DNA from: Asterias rubens
Taxonomy: Eukaryota
Reading direction: 5' to 3'
DNA: 64,000 bases
NCBI RefSeq assembly: GCF_902459465.1
Contig: NC_047079.1
Span: 5,642,001-5,706,000, forward strand
A model generated the notes under the pieces. The model saw only the letters and a program-made list of their open reading frames with translations, had not been told where the DNA came from and did not search any database. Position numbers and translations under genes: made by a program. Shown here piece by piece: positions 1-11,639 of this stretch (the first letter of the stretch is position 1; every line of letters starts with the position of its first letter).

Positions 1-119
1 GATGACTGCTTACAATCATTTTGCAAATATGAACCAGACTAGTTTGTTGTTTCAGACTCGGTTTTGGTTACAATTCAAGATGGCACCATGCCAAAGTGTT
101 ATCCAAAGATAACCAATTT

Positions 120-260
120 GAGACTTTTGGGACGCTAGGTGGCAGCAGACACTAAAGAGTCCAGGAAAATACATTGTTCTCGGTAAAATGAGCATGCTCA
201 GAGCTACGTAGACGGTGGAAACTTACCTGGTAAGTCTGCTGCCAAGCGTTTCAAAATCTC
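120..260. mobile_element. Short MITE-like element with imperfect TIRs
   Basis: Left end gagacttttgggacgctaggtggcagcagac; right end gtctgctgccaagcgtttcaaaatctc. A related terminus lies at ~3440-3490. Confidence 0.5.
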
Positions 261-387
261 CAATCGTTAACATTGCAAATGTGTTTCGCACACACTGTTA
301 ACATCATTGCAACAATAGAGACACGCATCTCTTTTTATTAAATCTTTTAGTTCGTTATCATTTTCTTGCCATTTTTATTTTTCACAG

Positions 388-1337
388 AAAACGTGTGTAC
401 CGACAGCGACGAGCGATGCCTTGAATGGGCCAATGCTGGAGAATGTCAACGCAACCCTTCATGGATGTTGCCCAACTGCGAATCAAGCTGTGAACAATGT
501 GTTGCAAGTACAGAATGTAAGTCAAGCCCTTCATTATTTTTAGTCTATACTGACTGAAACGTCAATTTGGAAAAAAGTAAAGCTTCCAGTAAAACTTTCG
601 GGGGGTCATGCCCGCAACTCCATTGAACTTTAAAAAAAAAATCGTAAGGAAGAACGTCGTGCATATCTCGAATGATACTGAAAGTATTAAAATAGCTTCT
701 CATGCGGTATTTTCTTTTATTGCCCTTCTGTCACATTAATGCAAACTTAATTAAATTGTTGATGCCTTTCTGCTAAGAAAAGCAATTATTCTGTACTCGG
801 AAAGTTGTTTTGCCTCTAATCGGCCTGGGGGTGGATTTCACAAAGGTAGTCCTAACTTAGGACTAGTCCTAGGCAATGCTAAGAGATAGGACCAGTCCTA
901 AGTTAGGATGAGTTACTGGTCCTCTTAGGACCGGTCCTATATCTTAGCATTGCTTAGGACTAGTCCTAAGTTAGGACTACCTTTGTGAAATCGACCCCTG
1001 AACGGGCTTTCTAAATTAGGGGCAGGTGTACAAATTGTGCCTGCAGAAAACCCTTGACGTCTAGATCATGAAATAACCAAGATGTTGTCGTTTGTTTCTC
1101 CCCTATAAAGCTTGTGCCGATCGCGACGAGAATTGTGACATGTGGGCTCAGAACGGCGAGTGTGAAATCAACCCCACCTATATGAACGATTTCTGTAAGA
1201 TGAGTTGTGGACTGTGCGGTGGGGCGGATGAGGGGCCTGGAGGCGACGGAGACGGGGGCACCGGCGGCGCTGGTGCCGTCGGTATTGCCACAGCTTGTCT
1301 GGTCTTGGAGGCCTTGTTCTTGGCTTTCCTCAACTAA
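388..1337 (+). CDS. Last two coding exons of a multi-ShKT-domain protein with a C-terminal GPI-anchor/TM-like signal (5' part outside the window)
   Basis: Exons 388-516 and 1111-1337 have AG/GT boundaries in phase 1. Each encodes a six-Cys ShKT pattern (CTDSDERCLEWANAGECQRNPSWMLPNCESSCEQC; CADRDENCDMWAQNGECEINPTYMNDFCKMSCGLC). A Gly-rich spacer and the hydrophobic tail AVGIATACLVLEALFLAFLN* follow. Confidence 0.85.
828..998. mobile_element. Near-perfect palindromic MITE (GGG termini, PIF/Harbinger-like by inference)
   Basis: ggggtggatttcacaaaggtagtcctaacttaggactagtcct ... aggactagtcctaagttaggactacctttgtgaaatcgacccc; the two arms are reverse complements. Confidence 0.8.
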
Positions 1338-1534
1338 CGGTCTTAAAGAATGTGAATAGCTTGAGGCCTTTTTTGTATAATAAGACGTATTAATGAGTTT
1401 TGACGGACAGCCAGGCTGTGTGAATTCTTCTTAATTTTTTATAAAATACCTTTTGTTAAAAAAAATAATAAATAGTTATGTAACAGTTTGAATAGAGTTG
1501 GGTTAAACGATTTAAAGAGGGCGACCCATCACTT

Positions 1535-1711
1535 AGTCTTGGTTCAAGACTCTCCTGGATTTGTCACAAGAGGGCGCGCTATCACCCCAACGCGCTATCA
1601 ACCACGAACCGCTATCACAGGAGAACCGTGATAGCGGTTCGTGGTTGATAGCGCGTTGGGGTGATAGCGCGCCCTCTTGTGACAAATCCAGGAGAGTCTT
1701 GAACCAAGACT
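1535..1711. mobile_element. Perfect foldback MITE with target-site duplication
   Basis: The arms agtcttggttcaagactctcctggatttgtcacaagagggcgcg... are exact reverse complements. The direct repeat acccatcactt flanks it at 1524-1534 and 1712-1722. Confidence 0.9.
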
Positions 1712-2291
1712 ACCCATCACTTGGCACAGCAGATCATTTTGGTAAAGATAAACCAACCCGTTTTATGAACCAAAGAGAAAAGTGATCCAGCCAAGTTGTA
1801 ACTCTTTCAACAAACGGCTCTAAAACTGTTTTGGGAGGGTTTTTACGACTGGGCCCCATTTCATAAAGCTGTTTAGCAAAAATACTGCTGGACAAATTGC
1901 TCTGCTAAGCACAAAATGAGTGGGGCACCAGTCGTTCGCAACACGTATACGCAACACGATGGACGTATACAATGTACCTGTTTTCGCTAAGCAAGATTTT
2001 CGTGTATGATGATAAACGATCTTGTGCTTAGAAGGTTTTTTTTGTGCTCTACACAGGCTTTATAAACTTGAGCCAATGTCAAGTTCAATCCGGCTCGTCC
2101 AAGCTTTGTGAAATGAAGTTTGAAGATGGAATCACTCCGCTACGGGCGAAGGGGTCACTCGAAGTTTATATGTTCTTTAGAATTTGTTAATTTTCAAAGT
2201 TTCTGTTTTCATGTTAAGTCTAACAATTACTGAACTTGTTGTTAACTTGAGATCAAAATAAACACACTAACCTAATCCAATAAACATGTTT

Positions 2292-3197
2292 TATGTGTGA
2301 TCTCGTGGTTTCCAATAAAAGGTTCCCATGGACTCACACCAGTAGGATTTGATTGAGTCACGGACCAGCACACTTCATGGAGCGTGGCATTGCCCCCGCC
2401 CCGCCCCCCCCCCCCAAAAAAAAATGTGATGTTAAATAAATTAATAACATGAGATGAATACGGGGTAGGTGGGGCCTGTGCATTTAGGCCTATTATGTCG
2501 CAACACTGACAATAATTGGGTTCAACTGAGATAAGCAATGCCGTGACCATTCCCCCCGCCCCCCCCCTTCCCCGAGCACAAGTGTGTGACGTTGAGGAGA
2601 CCGCGACCCCAATATTTTTTAAAGTCCGTATTGCTGTGCATGGGCGCACCACTAAAAGGGTGGGTGGCACCCGCCGATAAATCATCGATTTGGAGAGTGC
2701 ACAAATTGACCGTGAGTACAATAAATTTCCCCACATTGCGTCTTAAACGTCTGTGCATACATGAGGCGATTTTTGAGCCATTTGGGTTTGTCTTTTTGTA
2801 ATTTTGAGGCATTTATTTTGTGCGGGTTGGATACAAGAAAACCCGATAGCAAAATTACGTTCATGTGTGATCTCGTGGTTTCCAATAAAAGGTTCCCCCG
2901 CACCATTGAGGTAGAAAAATAGCCCGCACCCACACCCCGGTAGGATTTGATTGAGTCACGGACCAGCACACTTCAAGGAGCGTGGCATTGCCCCCGCCCC
3001 CCGGAAAAAACCCAAAAAACTATAAAAAAAACAATGTGATGTAAAATAAATATAACATGAGATGAATACGGGGTAGGTGGGGCCTGTGCATTTAGGCATA
3101 TTATGTCGCAGCACTGACAATAGTTGGGTTCAACTGAGATAAGCAAGGGTGGCCATTCCCCCGCCCCGCCCCCCCCCCTCCCCTTCCCCGAGCACAT
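2292..3197. repeat. Local direct duplication, two diverged units about 580-600 bp apart
   Basis: tgtgtgatctcgtggtttccaataaaaggttccc occurs at ~2294 and ~2865. gtaggatttgattgagtcacggaccagcacacttca occurs at ~2342 and ~2941. atgagatgaatacggggtaggtggggcctgtgc is also present twice. Confidence 0.85.
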
Positions 3198-4298
3198 TAT
3201 TATTGGGAATCCCTTTCGGGCTCTACGACGGCGGCGAGTCTACGGAGCTCGGAGCTATAGCTGCAAATGTCAGAAGTGTTTTACCCCCAAGAAGTTCCCT
3301 GTTTATTGGGTCTTCTAATGGGTCGACGAACTACACGACCCATGACGTGTGATCTTATCACCAAACCAATTAAGTCAGTGGACATTGTCATTATGCTGTA
3401 CCATTGTTCGTTCCGCCCCACCATTGACAACCGCATTGGGAGACTTTTTGAAAGCTCTGCCACTAGAGGGCAGCAGACCTACCAGGTAAGGGTGCACAAC
3501 TCCTATAGAAAACAATGGTAAATGCTAAACATTCAAAAATACTCACAAAATATTTAGAAGTCTCTCAGCCTCTTGAAAATTAAATCAGACACATTGTCAT
3601 ACAACTAAACTTCAGATTTCTTCTCAATTTTTGGTAGGTCAGCATTTTGGAATCAATTATAGTTGGGACGATTCTCAAGTTGGGATATGGAGTAGTACGT
3701 AAACACCAAATCTAATCAGGTTATCACATGGCCGGGAATTGATTGTGAGCCGTGTTTACATAGGGAGCGAGGTCACTGGGTATGTGTGCAAGAGCAGTCA
3801 TTACACTGCAATTTCTGCATGCCGCTCTGCATGGTCAAAACTGAACTGAAGCTCAAACTACGACTATATTCAGAAGCTCGAATATAAAAAGTAAGTGATC
3901 TGAATTTGTGTCATGACATGAATTTTAGGTTTGAATTGTAGCAACATTGGTAGCAAATTGAAATAGTCCAAGTTGGACCATGGAGGTAGCTAATTCTACC
4001 TCCATGGTTGGACTCCCCCTGGCTGGGGCAGATTTATTTGTTATAATAATATAAATAAAACCAACAAAGATTGAAGAAAGGCATTTAGCTTTATTTTATA
4101 CAGCTGTGTCACTCACTCTTCTTTCTTATTTTATTATAAACAGCTCCTTAGATATTGCATTATCAAACTGTACATTGGATGGATTTACCCTCACACTTAC
4201 TTAGCACTGTATAGCACTTTCTTAGCACTGTATAGCACTTTCTTGAGTTCTGTGGAAAAAAAATCACATGCATAGCCTAGTATGGCATTGGCCTATTG

Positions 4299-4450
4299 TA
4301 GACCTTATGCATTGAAGTCATCCAGCCGCCATCTTTGAGGTCAAACGGTGACGAAACAATCAAAAGGCACATAGATTGGCTATGAACAACCTCCTTTTGA
4401 CCTCAAGGCGAGGGCGCCGTACTGAAATGACGTCATGTGCATAAGGTCTA
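4299..4450. mobile_element. MITE with tagacc...ggtcta termini
   Basis: TIR tagaccttatgca / tgcataaggtcta; same terminal hexamer as the 10198 and 10880 elements. Confidence 0.7.
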
Positions 4451-4803
4451 TTTACTTGGGTGAGATTCGAACCAACGACCTAGAGATATATATGTGGGTT
4501 GTGTTTTCAGTCCCTACTTGACTGTGTGGGTTTTCCCTGGAATAATTCTTGGAAAAGTTTCCTTATGTATGGCGCCACCACTTTTTCATTCGATACGAAA
4601 TAATATAATCCAATTTACCTCAATGAGATATCCCTTTTTGTAAAAATTTGTGAAAAAAGTGGTCACCAGACAGAAAGTTATCCTAATTCTCTTGGGTTTT
4701 CCCTCCCACCTAATACTGAATTTTCGTCATCATCTTCTCTTCTCATTTGGCTCTTAGTCTTATGTTAGAGCGTTGAGAATATTTAATATCCAGATCCAGA
4801 ATC

Positions 4804-7800
4804 ATGGCGGACAGCGGCAAACAGGCCGGTGATGATTCTAAGCAAGAGTTCAGCAGCCGTATGATGGACGTGGCCTTCAGTGGCCTCAAGTGTGTGGCCA
4901 TTGCGATGGGAAAGGAAACAGGACTCTTTGATGTCATGATCGCCACGGAGACGCCCAAGACCAGCCAAGAAATAGCAGATGCAGGGAATCTTAAAGAGCG
5001 GTAAGTTCTCTTTGTGTTGGTGTTCTGTATTTGGGCGACTATTGCGACTAGTGTCGTATTCACGACTATTTACGTAAAAGCAGCTAATTTTAGCGTGTGC
5101 GCATGCGTACTCCACGTTACTAAGCATTCTACGCTTACACAGCTAGCACAGAAATTTGGTGCTTGCATGTAAGCTGAGAATGGTGATCGTAAGCACAAAA
5201 ATCGCCAATAAGCAGAGCCATGATATTTTGACCAGCTTGAGATTGAGGTTGTTTTTGCTGAGCAGAAACTATTTTTAAAGCAATATTCATAAATACCTCG
5301 TACAGTTTCGCTATTCCTATTGGTGGAGAGCATGTCACGTGGGTGTGTATAAACCTTTGTTGATGACCGGTAAAAAGTGTTGAAACATGGGCGTGACACG
5401 CCTACTTGCACCTGTGCTTATAAGCGGTGAAATTATCAAGAACCAGGCTTCGTTTGGTTTAAAACACTAGTTGAAAACCTCTTCACCACACATTGATTCC
5501 CTTATAAGCTGCTTATATAAAGCAGGTCCTCTATGAAAAAGGGACCTGGGCTCAATTTCATAGAGCCGCTTAAAGGAACACGTTGCCTTGGATCGGTCGA
5601 GTTGGTCTTTGAAAAGCATGTGTAACCGTTTGTTATAAAATGCATATGGGTAGAAAGATGTTGTAAAAGTAGAATACAATGATCCACACAAACATGCCTC
5701 TAAATTGCACTGTTTTCCTTTTACCTCGTAGACTAACACGGTCGGCCATTTATGGGAGTCAAATTTTTTACTCCCATAAATGGCCATGTTAGTTCGCACA
5801 GTAAAAGGAAAACCACGCAATTTCGAGGCAAACTTGTGTGGATCATTGTATTCTACTTTCAAAACATCTTTCCAACCATATGCATTTAAAGAAAAACGGT
5901 TACAAACCACTTTTATAGACAAACTCGTCCGATCCAAGGCAACGTGTTCCTTTAAAGCACACAAAGTAGCTAAGCACAACAAAATTATGCTTACCAAAAT
6001 AAGGTTACTGGCTGCCAAACTGTCATGTCACATGTATAATTTGTGAGTGGTATCCTGCTAACTTTTGCTCATAAAGTTGACCTTTGACATTCGGTAGGTA
6101 TGTGAGAGAGTGGCTTGGTGCCATGGTCACTGCAAAAATAGTGAACTATGACCCCTCAACAGAGACATACTGGATTCCTAAAAGTCATCACTCTATAACG
6201 CAGTTCACTGGATTGGCGATGTGCACCCCATCATTGTCCACAGCATTCTATGATGTAGCGGACAGCTTCAGGAAAGACGGACCCTCAGGTACATAACAGT
6301 GTTCTTTAAGTTTGACAGTAAACGAAGCAGTAGGGAAGTTTGCCTGTCGTTGAGGTCTTCTGTCAGTTTTATAACATATTAAAGGCAGTGGACACTATTG
6401 GTAATTACTCAAAATAATTATTATTTTATTTGTTGATAGTATAAAACATTGTGAGAAACGGCTCCCTTTGAAGTGACGCAGTTTTCGAGAAAGAGGTAAT
6501 TTTCCCTGAATTTGCTTTCGAGACCTCAGAGTTAGATTTTGAGGTCTCAAAATCAAGCAACGGAAAGTGCACAACTTCGTGTGACAAGGGTGTTTTTTTT
6601 TTTCTCACAAGTTTGTTATTTTATGCATATGTGGAGATACACCAAGTGAGAAGACTGGTCTTTGACGATTACCAATAGTGTCCATTGTCTTTAAATCATT
6701 TGATGTGTCTTGGCTGAGCGTAAAGAGAACCAAACTCAAGCTTTGGTGTTTCTCAGGGCTGAAACGTCTTGGAGGCAACGAAGGCGATTGCCTCCATTTG
6801 CCTCCATGGGGCATACCTCAATGCCCCATTGGAGCATGCCTAATGGAGACAACAAAGGCGATTGTCTGCATGCCCCTGGTCATTGCCTTGCTGCCCTTGA
6901 TATGCTGAAGTAGAATTTTACAGTTTCCTCATAGGGTGCCAGATCTTGAATTTCGTTCACGAGGGCACAGCAATTTTCCTCTGGTAAGGGAACTTCTTAT
7001 TATTATTACTTCTATAAGGAAGATTTAAATTTGTACTTGAACTTTGCAAAGGGCACCACAGCAAAACCACAGTGCACCATGGCAATTGCTGTGGGAGCCA
7101 TGAGTTATTTCATGAGCAGGGGGGTGCCCTTTTTACAATGAGAAAATGCCTTGGTGCCCTTGGCTTTTCAAAAACAAAGCCCACAGAACTGGTTTGTGAT
7201 TGCAGAGATTGGGTTCTAGTTCGGGTCTTGAAACTTGTGTTCTTAAAGGGAAGGTATATAACTTTAATAATCACTCTAAACATTTATACTTTTAGTTTGA
7301 CGCCCAACGCAGCTTTCGATTGTATCCAGGGTTTTGAGAAACATTTTACTTTGAAGTTAAGTGGTTGTGTAAAAGGGTTATGTTTCTCAGATTGTGTTTT
7401 AATAATTATTATTTATTATTATTTATTTATTTTAAATCTTGAGACATACACAATAGTTACAAGCTGTACAGGGGCTGACAGGGTTGAAACAAAAGTATAA
7501 AAACTGTAAAAAATATAGGGACTATTCTTCTTGCGTGGACATAATTGGTCGCTCTTGATTTTTGGCGTTATCGTACAAGCGCAATCACCTTTTGAACTGA
7601 AATTTTTACAGGTTAATTTTAAACTACACTTTTTAAGGATGAAAACAAATTTGCCTTTTTTCAAGTGATCTTAGGTGATTTTTTTTTCCTGTTGAATTTT
7701 TGTTTTGCAGGTGTCCCATACTCCAACTATTCTAAATTTGACGACTTGATGGATGGAATGCATGGACCATTGTTTAAAAATGAGCTGGCGGAGTTTACTG

Positions 7801-8716
7801 CGTCGATGCCCGATGTCCAGAAGAAACTTGGTATGTTGATTTAAATTTCATTGTTGTTGTTTATATTCTATTTGCTTATTTATTTTTCAAACAACAAAAT
7901 GTTTCTGGTAGTGAAACCAGCTGACTCTTGAAAAAGCGACGAGCACTTTGATGCTAAGGTAGTTGTGTAGATGAGATGATGAAGAAATGTTCAGTTTTAA
8001 ACGGAGGAAAAACTTGAACAGGGTAAAACGCAGGCAATTCAGGTAGGGCACTTTTGAGACCCTCGCGCAGCAGACAAACCAGTCCTTTTTCGCAGTTTGA
8101 GCGTGCGCGCACATCCTCAGATTTCTTGATCACCTTTTTTACAGAGTCGGGGATAAAAGTGCTTGACATCGGCTGCGGTCCAGGAGCATCTACGTTGGAA
8201 TTCGCCAAACATTTTCCAAAAAGCACCATTTACGGGCTGGATCTCTCGGAGTCGGGCATCAAGAATGCGCAAGAGGTCGCGAAGGTCTCGGGTCTGACCA
8301 ACACCGTATTCCGCTGTCAAGATGTAAGCTCCCTACCATCCGATTGGACGTCTCAATTTGACTACGCTTTTGCCCACATGGTCATCCACGACCTGGCCGA
8401 TCCGCTGAGAGTCCTGAAGGAAATTCTCCGTTTGTTGACACCAGGGGGTGCCCTTTCAGTCCTTGACCCCAACGCTCATTCCAAACTCGAAGATAACATC
8501 TCAGAGGAGAATGAGCATGCCAGTATGTTGTACACCATCAGTATGATGAACTGCATTCCTGCATGTCTTAGTCAGAATGAGGGGAAAGGGGCAGCCTTGG
8601 GTGCCGCCTTGGGACGGGAAAAGGCAACTCTACTTTTGGAGGGGGCCGGGTACCATGTCAAGTCCATAACCAAGGCTCTAGGGGGATCTTTGCATTATCT
8701 GTGCTTCAAGTCTTAG
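4804..8716 (+). CDS. Rv2258c-like class I SAM-dependent methyltransferase (N-terminal winged helix plus MTase)
   Basis: Exons 4804-5000, 6098-6288, 7711-7830 and 8145-8716 join in frame (phases 2, 1, 1). The protein shows LKERYVREWLGAM, GVPYSNY, motif I VLDIGCGPG, GLDLSE, FDYAFAHMVIHDLADP and SMLYTISMMNC, motifs typical of the Rv2258c family. Confidence 0.9.
5574..5951. mobile_element. TTAA-flanked MITE (Kolobok-like), nested inside another MITE in methyltransferase intron 1
   Basis: TIR aggaacacgttgccttggatcgg / ccgatccaaggcaacgtgttcct, with TTAA at 5570-5573 and 5952-5955. It interrupts gggctcaatttcatagagccgct...agcacacaaagtagctaagcac of the ggcccaatttcat family. Confidence 0.85.
6383..6690 (+). 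mobile_element. Abundant TTAA-flanked MITE family (Kolobok-like), copy
   Basis: TTAA|aggcagtggacactattggtaatt ... attaccaatagtgtccattgtct|TTAA, i.e. RR...YY ends with a TTAA TSD. Confidence 0.85.
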
Positions 8717-9431
8717 TTTGTGTCTGTGAAACGGGAAACAGAACGGAAATACTTTGTAAAAGAGGGCTTTATGGTCAAATTCAGTTTTGTGATGCACTCA
8801 TTTGCCAAAAGATGTGGAAGTTGTGGAAGTTGGACTAATATGTCTATATCTTTAGTCTTAACCTCACATTAAAACTGTGTGAAAATGCCATTGTATTTGA
8901 TACCTTTCCGGTATTCGCCGACATCTATCGCAAACATCAATAATGACCTCACATTCTATTTTGACTGATGCACTGCAAACACTCCACTTCAGGATGTGCA
9001 GACATAAATGACGTCATGTTTTAAATTTCGTGATGATAACTTATGAGTAACAATAACAACAATTTAAATAATTTTTAATAACTTGAAGTACAAGTATTTT
9101 TTATATTAAGAATTTTATGAAAATTTTATGAAAAGGGTTTTGCGGAAGACACATCCTTTTGATGATATCTTTTTTTACTTTTGTACTTCCCTGGACTATT
9201 TCAGGTCAAGATGTTTATCAATTCTAAAGATTTAAAATAAATAATGAAGTTACTCAGGTCAATCAATTTCATCGACTTTTAAGCGCACCATAATGATTAA
9301 TTTTTCTTGAATTTCGTTTTATCAAATAATGAGTACACTGAATGTAAAATAAACTGTATAAAACACATGAAGTGTAAAATTGAATACGGTTATTTATTCT
9401 TCTAAGTACACTTTGGAAAATTGTCGTAAAA

Positions 9432-9602
9432 AACTCCTGGGTCATACTTGACCCCCATTCTGGGTCCCATTTGTGGGTCAGACTGACTCATAGAACTGAT
9501 TAAAAAAAAGTACTGCTTAAAGACCGACACAGACTTCCAGCCTTAATATACTGACTCAGAAATGACATGTGACCCAGAATAGGGGTCAATTATGCCCAGG
9601 AT
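9432..9602. mobile_element. Short MITE-like inverted repeat
   Basis: ctcctgggtcatacttgaccccattctgggtc ... gacccagaataggggtcaattatgcccaggat. Confidence 0.55.
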
Positions 9603-10197
9603 TTTTTTTCCAAAAGATCTTAACAGGCTAGGTACCAAAAAGAATCTCAGGTGGAATCTAGTGTTTCGCTGTCCATTCCTTCTTTGATCAGCCAAAATAC
9701 CATGTCACTTGAAACGCTCCCTTATTTTATACAGCGAATGAAATTTCTCAGGAGTATTTTGAAATTGGTTCCAGTACTAATCTACGAAAAATCTTATGGT
9801 ATTTAGGCACTAGCTCGATGAAACGGGGCCCCTAGTTCGACATCACGCCCTTAGGAATAAAGGTGTTGCTGAAATCGAAACCAACACACAGTTTTTGTGT
9901 GTGCAATGTGGATTTTTTTTTATTATAACCAGTTCTAATCTACGAATAATCTTATGGTATTTAGGTTGGTTGCCAGTTTCTGCTCGGCAAAAATTTGTCT
10001 GTGCTTAGCAAGTTTGTGTGCTTATTCTTTATTGAATTGGGCCCAGGATAAAATGTTTTTGTTTAAGGGGAACAATCCCTAGCAAAGAAATCTGTGGCAC
10101 CAAAATATTAAAAACAAAATCCAAACCTTGACTTCTAAAACGATATATAAAGCCCGCATGTGCTTGAATCGATATCAAATCAATATCACCCCTTCCA

Positions 10198-10349
10198 TAG
10201 ACCTTTTCGCAAATACCGGGGCGCGCGCGTAACGCTTGGAATTAGGTGCATTGTGGTCTAGCTGGTATCCAAATTTGATCCCTATCTATCCCACAATGCA
10301 CCTCATTCAACAGTCTGCGCTTGCGCATTGGTATTTGCGATAAGGTCTA
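10198..10349. mobile_element. MITE copy 1 (tagacc...ggtcta)
   Basis: TIR tagaccttttcgcaaatacc / ggtatttgcgataaggtcta; internal hairpin aggtgcattgtgg / ccacaatgcacct. Confidence 0.85.
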
Positions 10350-10879
10350 TGAAGCACAACACCGTCACTAATGTTAAAGGCACTGGACTTTTTTTTTTTT
10401 CGAGTCATCAAAGTTGCAAGAAAATATTTAAAGCAAAAGAAAACCCTTTTTGCACAAATTAGTTTGCTTTCACAGATGCATATTAAAAAGCTGTAGGCCT
10501 GAACAAAGTTCTTAGTATCCAAGTGAGAAACTACTTCTTTCTCAAAAACTACGTTACTTTAGAGGGAGCTGTTTCTATCAATGTTTTATACTACCAACAG
10601 CTCTCTATTGCCCATTACGTTTTTATGTTAACAATTATTTTGAGTAATTACCAATATTGTCCAGTGCCTTTAAGCAGGGTCAAAGGTCAACACAAGGTTG
10701 GCTAGCAGTGGTTACATCTTAAACATATCAGTTTACACTACCTTTTTCAACTAGCCCTAAAACTAAAATACTTCAATAAAAAGATTATTGGTAATTAAGA
10801 ACAAACAACTCCCAAAGAGTGCTCATGTGACATTAACTCGAGTAGTAAACAGTATTCTACAAAATTGAGAGAAATGCCA

Positions 10880-11030
10880 TAGACCTTTTCGCAAATACCG
10901 GGGCGCGCGCGTAAAGCTTGGAATTAGGTGCATTGTGGTCCAGCTGGTATCAAATTTGATCCATATCTATCCCACAATGCACCTCATTCAACAGTCTGCA
11001 CTTGCGCATTGGTATTTGCGATAAGGTCTA
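10880..11030. mobile_element. MITE copy 2, nearly identical to 10198-10349
   Basis: Same sequence with only a few differences, 680 bp downstream. Confidence 0.85.
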
Positions 11031-11429
11031 TTGGCACAGTAAAATACTCCCTTACTCGGAGCATCTCGGAGGTAAAAAGAGAAAGTGTTTAAAATTCTAA
11101 CTACTGTTTCCATTGTATACACTAAATGTGTGGCTTAATATTTAGAATAGCGTCAAAAATTTGACATGTCGGTCAAGACTCGAGCGGCTTGAAACTATCC
11201 TGTTCGTAAGTGTGACGTCATTCCATGTTAAGACCGCGCCTATCAGTTCACTGGCTCCACTGTGTACAAGCCCATCGGCATTCAGGAGTTAGTTTTTTCT
11301 GAGTGTTAAACTCAATCATCAGCAGCACCAAAACCAATTGATAATTATCAGTGTTAAGTTAAATAAGTGGGTTTTGTGATTGATTATTAGCTATAGTGCG
11401 CTACATATTTGCCTGCACATGCTGTATCT

Positions 11430-11550
11430 CAGGGAGCTGAGATGGTTTAAGGAATGAATTAAGGCCCAGTGACCTGGGGGTAATAATGTGGAAGCGCTTT
11501 GAGATGCCCTTCTGGTGTGTAAAGCGCTATATAAAAACCGACTATTATTG
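11430..11550 (+). mobile_element. SINE/LINE-type 3' tail fragment
   Basis: gaagcgctttgagatgcc...gtaaagcgctatataaaaaccgactattatt resembles L2-mobilised SINE tails. Boundaries are approximate. Confidence 0.5.
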
Positions 11551-11639
11551 TTATAGATGGTCACAAGAGATATGGCTCTTTGAATGTGGACCTTACTAAG
11601 GCCCATAGGCTTTTCAGTGTTTTGATCTGTCGCGTGCGT

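Noticed and set aside
5467-6046. 183-aa and 88-aa ORFs
   Set aside because: They lie within a nested palindromic MITE; many similar short ORFs recur in every TTAA-MITE copy.
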